31,978 bases of DNA from Enterobacter phage phiT5282H. Shown piece after piece: positions 26,376 to 31,978 of this stretch. The translations under genes were made by a program, and so were the position numbers. Each line of letters starts with the position of its first letter. Position 1 is the stretch's first letter. The stretch lies in the sequence record MG589387.1. One strand, written 5' to 3'. Below the pieces are notes generated by a model that was given only the letters and a program-made list of their open reading frames with translations, was not told where the DNA came from and searched no databases.

Positions 26376-26904
26376 AAAATGCTCCATTGCGGCCATTGTT
26401 GCGCTGGGTATCACGCTGAGTCCGGGCGCGTTGCGCACAACGCCTGAAGGCCAGCAGAAGATTGCTGGCTGGGAAGACTGCCGGAATACGCCCTACTACT
26501 GCACGGCTGGCGTGCTGACGGTTGGAATTGGTTCGACGGGACGTGTTGAAAAGCGTGAGTACAGCGACAGCGAGATCGCCGGTCGCTGGATTAACGATAT
26601 GCGGCACGCTGAAAACTGCATTAACCAGAATTTTGAAGGCGCGCATATGCCGCAGTCTGCCTTTGAGGCAATGACGGATGCCGGTCTTAATGTGGGGTGT
26701 ACTGGCCTGATGTGGTTCACGGACGACCAGAAGCGAAAGCAGCGCACGACCATCTGGAAGAAGGCGCAGGCGCATGAATGGCAGGCGATGTGTAACCGGC
26801 TGACAGACTTTGTGAACAGCGGCGGTAAACGCAGCCAGGGGCTGGTTAACCGGAGAACGGATTTTAAGGCGTGGTGCCTGCGTGACGTGGAGGCTGTTAA
26901 GTGA
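26359..26904 (+). CDS. K: SAR (signal-anchor-release) endolysin, T4/P21-type lysozyme
   Basis: N-terminal MKQLIKKCSIAAIVALGITLSPG weakly hydrophobic segment, then EGQQKIAGWEDCRNTPYYCTAGVLTVGIGSTG (E-x8-D/C-x5-T catalytic pattern). Confidence 0.8.
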   Translation: MKQLIKKCSIAAIVALGITLSPGALRTTPEGQQKIAGWEDCRNTPYYCTAGVLTVGIGSTGRVEKREYSDSEIAGRWINDMRHAENCINQNFEGAHMPQSAFEAMTDAGLNVGCTGLMWFTDDQKRKQRTTIWKKAQAHEWQAMCNRLTDFVNSGGKRSQGLVNRRTDFKAWCLRDVEAVK

Positions 26905-27338
26905 AGATTACAGCCATTTTATGCGCACTGTTGGCGCTGGCCTCTGGTGGCCTGCTCTGGCAGACACATCAGCGCGGTAAAGACTCCGTCCGCAATGAAG
27001 CACTTTCCCGCGAGGTGAAGAGTAATGGTGAGGTGCTGGATGAGCTGCGGGCGCTGACTGCTGACGCCCGCGAAGTCCTTGCACAGTTGCGGGCAACCGA
27101 ACAGCAAAGAAACGCCGAGGGAGAAAAGCGACGTGAAAACATGCGCGATGCCATCAAAGACGATACGTGTGCCAGTACTGTTGTGCCTGCTTCTGTCAGT
27201 AACAGCCTGCAACACCGTACCGCCGCAGCCGCAAATGAAAATCATGCACGAACCGGTGCCGGAAAGCCTGACGGCAGCAACGCCAGCGCCGGAACTGACC
27301 GCCCCGGTAACGTGGGGCGCAATAGCCATCTGGAGTGA
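26901..27338 (+). CDS. lysB: i-spanin LysB (Rz-like)
   Basis: N-terminal TM (ILCALLALASGGLLW) followed by a charged coiled-coil. Overlaps the K stop. Confidence 0.75.
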   Translation: MKITAILCALLALASGGLLWQTHQRGKDSVRNEALSREVKSNGEVLDELRALTADAREVLAQLRATEQQRNAEGEKRRENMRDAIKDDTCASTVVPASVSNSLQHRTAAAANENHARTGAGKPDGSNASAGTDRPGNVGRNSHLE

Positions 27339-27447
27339 TCGCCTGCGCGATGCGCTGGATACCTGCAACGCCGATAAGGCGGCGATAGCCGATCTCGATC
27401 TGCGCCGCCTGAAAAGACTGACTGACCACGCGAGGGCAACACCATGA
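27148..27447 (+). CDS. lysC: o-spanin LysC (Rz1-like lipoprotein) in the +1 frame of lysB, extending beyond it
   Basis: MPSKTIRVPVLLCLLLSVTAC lipoprotein signal with VTAC lipobox. Pro-rich mature part. Confidence 0.7.
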   Translation: MPSKTIRVPVLLCLLLSVTACNTVPPQPQMKIMHEPVPESLTAATPAPELTAPVTWGAIAIWSDRLRDALDTCNADKAAIADLDLRRLKRLTDHARATP

Positions 27448-27536
27448 CTTTATTCGACTACCTGAGCGCTCACCCTTACTGGACGCTTATTTACCTGCTG
27501 ATCATTGCGGGCGCGATTGAACGTTTCGGGCGTTAA
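27444..27536 (+). CDS. 30-codon single-TM micro-protein (MTLFDYLSAHPYWTLIYLLIIAGAIERFGR)
   Basis: ATG overlaps the lysC stop (ATGA). GAGGG RBS 8 nt upstream. Not in the ORF track because of its size. Confidence 0.35.
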   Translation: MTLFDYLSAHPYWTLIYLLIIAGAIERFGR

Positions 27537-27548
27537 GAAGGTATCACC

Positions 27549-28019
27549 ATGCTGAAAGCTGATTCACTACGCGAGACCCTGACCCGCGCTAACAAATGGT
27601 GCAGGGCCAATCCTGAAGCCTTCACCGTATTTGTGGAAGAAGGGAATATCGAGACGACCGGCGAAACACCGTCGTTTATGTACCGCTATACCCTGGTGTT
27701 GTTTGTGATGAACTTTGCCGGTGATATTGATGATTTCACGCTGCCGTTAATGGCATGGCTCTGGCACAACCAGCCCGATCTGCTGCTGAACCAGGAGAAG
27801 AACCGAAACATTAAATTTACGACCCTTATCAACAACGACGATACCGCCGACATTCTTTTTGAAATGCCGCTGCGCGAGCGTGTGAAGGTCACTCTGGATG
27901 AAAACGGTATTCCCCGGGCGGAGCATTTGCCGGAACCTAAACCGCGCATCCCGTCAGCGGACGGCGACTGGAGCGCCATTTTTGAGGATGTGACGTGGGA
28001 GGCTGACACGCATGAGTAA
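27549..28019 (+). CDS. R: tail completion protein R
   Basis: MLKADSLRETLTRANKW... parallels P2 gpR (MLKPDSLRRALTDAV). AAGAAGG RBS. Confidence 0.85.
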   Translation: MLKADSLRETLTRANKWCRANPEAFTVFVEEGNIETTGETPSFMYRYTLVLFVMNFAGDIDDFTLPLMAWLWHNQPDLLLNQEKNRNIKFTTLINNDDTADILFEMPLRERVKVTLDENGIPRAEHLPEPKPRIPSADGDWSAIFEDVTWEADTHE

Positions 28020-28650
28020 CGATCTCTTCCGTGAGTTGGATCAGGTCTTCAGCGACATACTGGCGGGCACCTCTCAGGCCGGACGTATTCGCACCGCCCG
28101 CGCGGTGGGTCAGGCACTGCGAAAGAGCCAGCAACAGCGCATTAAAGCCCAGCAAAATCCGGAAGGTTCGCCATATCCTGCCCGCCGTCGCCGGGTGCTG
28201 CGTTCTCAACAGGGCATTGTGTTTGTCTGGCAGGGCGAGATCCGCCGCCTCAAAAACTGGCACGGTGGCCGGGGAAAATACGGGCGAACCATTACCGGCT
28301 TTGACGAAGAGCGAAACGATATTCGCACGTTTTACCGCAGCGATATTGAGCGTTACATCGAGATCAATACGCGCTCAGTGCGCCGCAGCACTGCGAAGAA
28401 GGTGCCGATGTTTCAGCGGTTGCGCAGTTATCGCTTTCTCAAAATGCGCGCTGATGCTGGCGGTACTTCCGTGGGTTATGACGGCGTGGCTGCGCGCATT
28501 GCGCGTGTGCACCAGTACGGCCAGCGCGATCAGGTCGGGCAGGGTGCTTTTGCTAAATATCCGGTGCGTGAGCTGCTGGGCTTTACCGCTGGCGATGAAC
28601 GGATGATTACGGAACAGGTGATTAACAGCCTGGGGAGTGCCGCACGATGA
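28012..28650 (+). CDS. S: tail completion protein S
   Basis: ...ARIARVHQYGQRDQ... as in P2 gpS (ARIARVHQYGLKDK). At 212 aa it is longer than P2 S. Confidence 0.85.
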   Translation: MSNDLFRELDQVFSDILAGTSQAGRIRTARAVGQALRKSQQQRIKAQQNPEGSPYPARRRRVLRSQQGIVFVWQGEIRRLKNWHGGRGKYGRTITGFDEERNDIRTFYRSDIERYIEINTRSVRRSTAKKVPMFQRLRSYRFLKMRADAGGTSVGYDGVAARIARVHQYGQRDQVGQGAFAKYPVRELLGFTAGDERMITEQVINSLGSAAR

Positions 28651-29228
28651 GCGCTGAACTGATCCGCCTGCTGGAAAATATCCTCCGCGTCGGCGTCGTT
28701 ATTGCCGTTGATGAAGAGAGCTGGCGCGTGCGCGTGCAAAGCGGCGAGCTTCAGACCGACTGGCTGCGCTGGAACACCACGCGCGCCGGGGCATTCAGTA
28801 TCTGGGTGCCGCCTTCCGTGGGTGAGCAGGTCTGGCTGGGCTGTATCGGTGGCAACCCTGAAACGGCGGTCATTATCGGCAGTCTCTACAGTAGTGACCA
28901 CCCTGCGCCGGGCAGTAGCCTGAAAGAGATTGTGCTGACAGCGCCAGACGGAGCCTCTTTTCGCTATGACGCAGAGGCCAGCGCACTGGAAGCGCAGGGC
29001 ATGAAGACAGTACATATCAAAGCCTCTGCCAGCGTCACGCTTGAAACACCGATTGTGGAATGCACCAACCATCTGAAAGTGCGGACGTTCGAACTGTCGG
29101 AGGGTGGCACGATGAAGGGTAATGTTACCCATTCTGGCGGATCGCTTTCGTCTAACGGGGTAACGGTTCATTCGCACGTGCATGGTGGTGTGCAGGGTGG
29201 CAGCAGCAACACCGGGGGGCCGAAATGA
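28647..29228 (+). CDS. V: baseplate spike/assembly protein V
   Basis: 193 aa with a Gly/Ser-rich C-terminus ...HGGVQGGSSNTGGP. Overlaps the S stop. Confidence 0.85.
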   Translation: MSAELIRLLENILRVGVVIAVDEESWRVRVQSGELQTDWLRWNTTRAGAFSIWVPPSVGEQVWLGCIGGNPETAVIIGSLYSSDHPAPGSSLKEIVLTAPDGASFRYDAEASALEAQGMKTVHIKASASVTLETPIVECTNHLKVRTFELSEGGTMKGNVTHSGGSLSSNGVTVHSHVHGGVQGGSSNTGGPK

Positions 29229-29593
29229 CAGTCCGCTATACCGGAATGAACCCGGACGGCACGGGCCAGCTTACCGATACCGATCAGCTGTGGAATTCAG
29301 TACGCGACATACTGACCACGCCTCTGGCAAGCCGGGTGATGCGGCGGGATTACGGCAGTATGATCCCAGATCTGCTGGATGAACCGCAAAACGAAGTGAC
29401 GCGCCTGCAATGTATCAGTGCGGCGGTGATCGCCCTGACGATGTGGGAGCCGCGTATTGCCCTGAACGGCATCAATATCAGTTATTCAAAGGATGGCGCT
29501 GTCACCGCTGAACTGGTCGGCATTATCACCGAAACCATGCAGACGGCAGGCAGTGCGCTGACGCTCAGGAGTGGCAGCAATGGCAACAGTTGA
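29225..29593 (+). CDS. W: baseplate wedge protein W (gp25-like)
   Basis: 122 aa, GPW/gp25 lysozyme-like family by position and sequence. Confidence 0.85.
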   Translation: MTVRYTGMNPDGTGQLTDTDQLWNSVRDILTTPLASRVMRRDYGSMIPDLLDEPQNEVTRLQCISAAVIALTMWEPRIALNGINISYSKDGAVTAELVGIITETMQTAGSALTLRSGSNGNS

Positions 29594-30476
29594 TTTATCG
29601 CAGCTACCGCAGCCGCAAATTATCGAAGTGCTGGACTTTGAAGTCATTCTCAGCGAGGTCAAAGCCGTCATGCTGGCGGCATTCCCGCAGGAACAGCAGG
29701 CTTCTGTTGCCGCCGCTCTGGAGCTGGAATCCGAACCGCTGAACGTGATCGCCCAAGTGGTTGCCTACCGTGAAATGATGCTCAGGCAGCGGATTAATGA
29801 TGGCGCTGCGGCGTGCATGTTGAGCCATGCCGTATCGTCCGATCTTGATAATCTCGCGGGAAACCTGAACACCGAACGTCTGATCATCACCCCAGAGACG
29901 GCAACCACTGACGCGGTAACGGAAAGTGATACCGCACTGCGTTTGCGCGCGCAGGCTGCATTTGAAGGGCTGAGCGTGGCGGGGCCAACCGGTGCATACG
30001 AATATTTTGCTAAAAGTGCCAGCGGCAAAGTGGCAGACGCCAAAGCGATAAGCCCGTCGCCTGCCGTGGTGGTGGTCTCTGTGCTATCCACCGAGGGCGA
30101 CGGCACTGCCAGTGCGGAACTGCTGGCGACGGTGGATAAGGCGCTGTCTGCTGACGATAAGCGCCCCGTTGCCGATCGTCTGACCGTTCAGGCAGCGGAG
30201 ATAGTGAATTATCAGATCAATGCGCTGCTGTATTTCTACCCCGGGCCGGAGTCTGAACCAATCCATACCGCCGCGCAGGACGCGCTTCAGTCCTGGCTGA
30301 ATCAGCAGGGCAAGATTGGCCGTGACGTTGCCCGCTCAGCCATTATGGCGGCGCTGCATGTTCAGGGTGTGCAGAGGGTGGAGCTGCTGGAGCCTGCCAG
30401 CGATATTGTGATCGCCGATACGCAGGCGGCGCGGTGTGAGTCCTTTACGATCGAGACCGGGGGCACAGATGAATAA
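29580..30476 (+). CDS. J: baseplate protein J
   Basis: About 298 aa. ATG with AGGAG RBS. Overlaps the W 3' end by 14 nt. Confidence 0.9.
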   Translation: MATVDLSQLPQPQIIEVLDFEVILSEVKAVMLAAFPQEQQASVAAALELESEPLNVIAQVVAYREMMLRQRINDGAAACMLSHAVSSDLDNLAGNLNTERLIITPETATTDAVTESDTALRLRAQAAFEGLSVAGPTGAYEYFAKSASGKVADAKAISPSPAVVVVSVLSTEGDGTASAELLATVDKALSADDKRPVADRLTVQAAEIVNYQINALLYFYPGPESEPIHTAAQDALQSWLNQQGKIGRDVARSAIMAALHVQGVQRVELLEPASDIVIADTQAARCESFTIETGGTDE

Positions 30477-31083
30477 CAACATGCTGCCGCCTTCGGCCAG
30501 CAGTTTTATGCGCAGTACGGAGAAGGTGACGGAACGGCTTACCGATATTTCTGTTGACCTGCGCAAGCTGTGGAACCCGGATGAATGCCCCGCTGATCTT
30601 CTGCCTTATCTCGCCTGGGCGCTGTCAGTTGACCGCTGGGATAAGAACTGGTCAGAACAGACCAAGCGGCAGGTGATTAAAGCCTCCTGGCTGGTTCACC
30701 GTCAGAAGGGCACTATTTCCGCTTTGCGTCGCGTCGTTGAACCGTTCGGCTTTCAGCTGCGCGTGATCGAGTGGTGGCAGAGCGGTGAAGAGCCGGGAAC
30801 ATTCAAACTTGAAATCGGCATTCAGGAGCAGGGGATTACGGAGGAAACCTATCTTGAGCTTGAGCGCCTTATTGACGACGCCAAGCCGAGAAGCCGCCAC
30901 CTGACTGGCCTGTCTCTTTCGCTTCAGTCGCAGGGGGATATCGTGGCCGGGGCAGGATGTTATATCGGCGATACGCTGACCGTTTACCCCTATTTTCCTG
31001 AAACCATATCCGTGGGCGGTGGCGACTACACCGGCGCGGCAGTCCATTTAATTGATACCGTGGAGATCGCAAGTGGCGACTAA
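30469..31083 (+). CDS. I: baseplate/tail protein I
   Basis: MNNNMLPPSAS... overlaps the J stop. 204 aa. Confidence 0.85.
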   Translation: MNNNMLPPSASSFMRSTEKVTERLTDISVDLRKLWNPDECPADLLPYLAWALSVDRWDKNWSEQTKRQVIKASWLVHRQKGTISALRRVVEPFGFQLRVIEWWQSGEEPGTFKLEIGIQEQGITEETYLELERLIDDAKPRSRHLTGLSLSLQSQGDIVAGAGCYIGDTLTVYPYFPETISVGGGDYTGAAVHLIDTVEIASGD

Positions 31084-31978
31084 ATATTTTGCCCTGTTAA
31101 CCAATATCGGGGCGGCAAAACTGGCAAACGCCACGGCATTGGGTGCGCAGGTTGAGATCACCCAGATGGCCGTAGGCGATGGTAACGGCGCGCTGCCGAC
31201 ACCGAACCCGGCACAGACCGCGCTGACGCATGAGCTGCGCCGTGCGCAACTGAATATGCTGACTATTGACCCGGTTAACACCAATCAGATCATTGCGGAA
31301 CAGGTCATACCGGAAGATGTGGGCGGATGGTGGATCCGTGAGATCGGCCTGTTTGATAAAGACGGCGATATGATTGCGGTTGCCAACTGTGCAGAGACTT
31401 ATAAACCACAGTTGCAGGAAGGCAGCGGGCGCGTGCAGGTGATTCGCGTGATCCTGATTGTCAGCAGCACCGAAGCTATAACGCTGAAAATCGATCCGTC
31501 CGTGGTACTGGCAACCCGTAAATATGTTGATGATGCCGTTATTGAGGTTAAGGCTTATGTAGATCAGAAATTGGCCGCGCATGTAGCTGCCAGTGATCCC
31601 CATACGCAGTATTTGCTTGAGACGGATATTGATACATATATCCCAGTTGGATTCCCACTTCCGTGGCCGCAGGCGACTCCTCCGGGCGGCTGGCTTAAAT
31701 GTAATGGTGCAACGTTTGATACCGCCAAATATCCGAAACTGGCGAAAGTCTATTCCACCGGGAAATTGCCGGATCTGCGAGGTGAGTTTGTTCGTGGCTG
31801 GGATGATGGGCGCGGCACTGACAGCGGGCGCATTTTATTGACGGCTCAGAACGATGCTATTCGCAATATCACGGGAGAGCAGTCGCTTGATGTTCCCTAT
31901 AACGGTAAGTCAACAGGAGCATTCTATAATAATGGCAAAAATGTCAATGAGGGAATTTATGAGGATGGCTCTTTCATA
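31073..31978 (+). CDS. H: tail fibre protein H, N-terminal 302 codons (runs off the window end)
   Basis: GTG start with GGAG RBS. MATKYFALLTNIGAAKLANATALGAQVEITQMAVGDGNG is the conserved P2-family H N-terminal domain. There is no stop before the window end. Confidence 0.85.
   Translation, partial: MATKYFALLTNIGAAKLANATALGAQVEITQMAVGDGNGALPTPNPAQTALTHELRRAQLNMLTIDPVNTNQIIAEQVIPEDVGGWWIREIGLFDKDGDMIAVANCAETYKPQLQEGSGRVQVIRVILIVSSTEAITLKIDPSVVLATRKYVDDAVIEVKAYVDQKLAAHVAASDPHTQYLLETDIDTYIPVGFPLPWPQATPPGGWLKCNGATFDTAKYPKLAKVYSTGKLPDLRGEFVRGWDDGRGTDSGRILLTAQNDAIRNITGEQSLDVPYNGKSTGAFYNNGKNVNEGIYEDGSFI

Larger units (their letters stand above)
1..31978. mobile_element. P2-like temperate myophage genome (phage/attP form), circularly permuted so both window ends lie in tail-fibre gene H
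   Basis: Gene order cos-Q-P(minus)/O-N-M-L-X-lysis-R-S-V-W-J-I-H-G ... D-ogr-attP-int-C-cox-...-A recognised from translations. ogr and int are adjacent, as in the circular/phage form. Confidence 0.85.

Noticed and set aside
26269-26775. 168-aa minus-strand ORF
   Set aside because: Antisense to holin/endolysin.
28031-29183. 191-aa plus-strand and 217-aa minus-strand ORFs over S/V
   Set aside because: Alternative-frame or antisense to S and V, which have clear P2 homologues.
31097-31603. 168-aa minus-strand ORF
   Set aside because: Antisense to the conserved N-terminal domain of tail fibre H.
1-31978. CRISPR arrays, tRNA/tmRNA, LexA (CTGT-N8-ACAG) boxes, invertase-type tail-fibre switch
   Set aside because: Scanning the intergenic regions found no regularly spaced repeat-spacer structure, no tRNA-like acceptor/T-arm sequence, no LexA box, no recombinase other than int, and no inverted alternative fibre segment.

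Overview
The window reads as a nearly complete, circularly permuted genome of a P2-like (Peduovirus-type) temperate myovirus from an enterobacterial host. No tRNA, rRNA or CRISPR array was recognised.

Gene content, called from the six-frame translations:
- Morphogenesis: cos-proximal portal Q and terminase P on the minus strand, then O, N, M, L, X on the plus strand.
- Lysis: holin, a SAR-type endolysin, and nested LysB/LysC spanins.
- Tail: R, S, V, W, J, I, H and the tail-fibre assembly protein G.
- Tail sheath and tape-measure block: FI, FII, E/E' (with a T-TTT-TTG -1 frameshift site), T and U.
- Control and replication: D, ogr, integrase, C repressor, cox, Dam methylase and the rolling-circle initiator A.

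Both window ends fall inside the tail-fibre gene H, and ogr and int are adjacent, so this is the phage (attP) form rather than an integrated prophage.

Three departures from canonical P2:
1. The position between gene A and cos, where P2 carries tin/old, is occupied by an AT-rich two-gene cassette. It encodes a classical AAA+ ATPase fused to a C-terminal HTH, translationally coupled to a large cytoplasmic subtilisin-like (S8) protease. It sits behind a perfect 16-bp palindrome and ends at a strong terminator. This looks like a candidate anti-phage or abortive-infection module of the ATPase-plus-subtilase (IetAS-like) type, with unusual domain extensions.
2. The FI-FII-E-E'-T-U block is inverted relative to H-G and D-ogr. 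The resulting FI/D divergent junction carries the same roughly 29-bp TCT-N12-ACA late-promoter-like element found at the P/O divergent junction.
3. An AT-rich moron between ogr and attP encodes a Tat-signal lipoprotein calcineurin-like metallophosphoesterase.

Other noted items are a candidate attP with arm-type direct repeats, a cos region with phased TGCACA repeats, direct repeats duplicating the start of C, and a 30-codon membrane micro-ORF after lysC.
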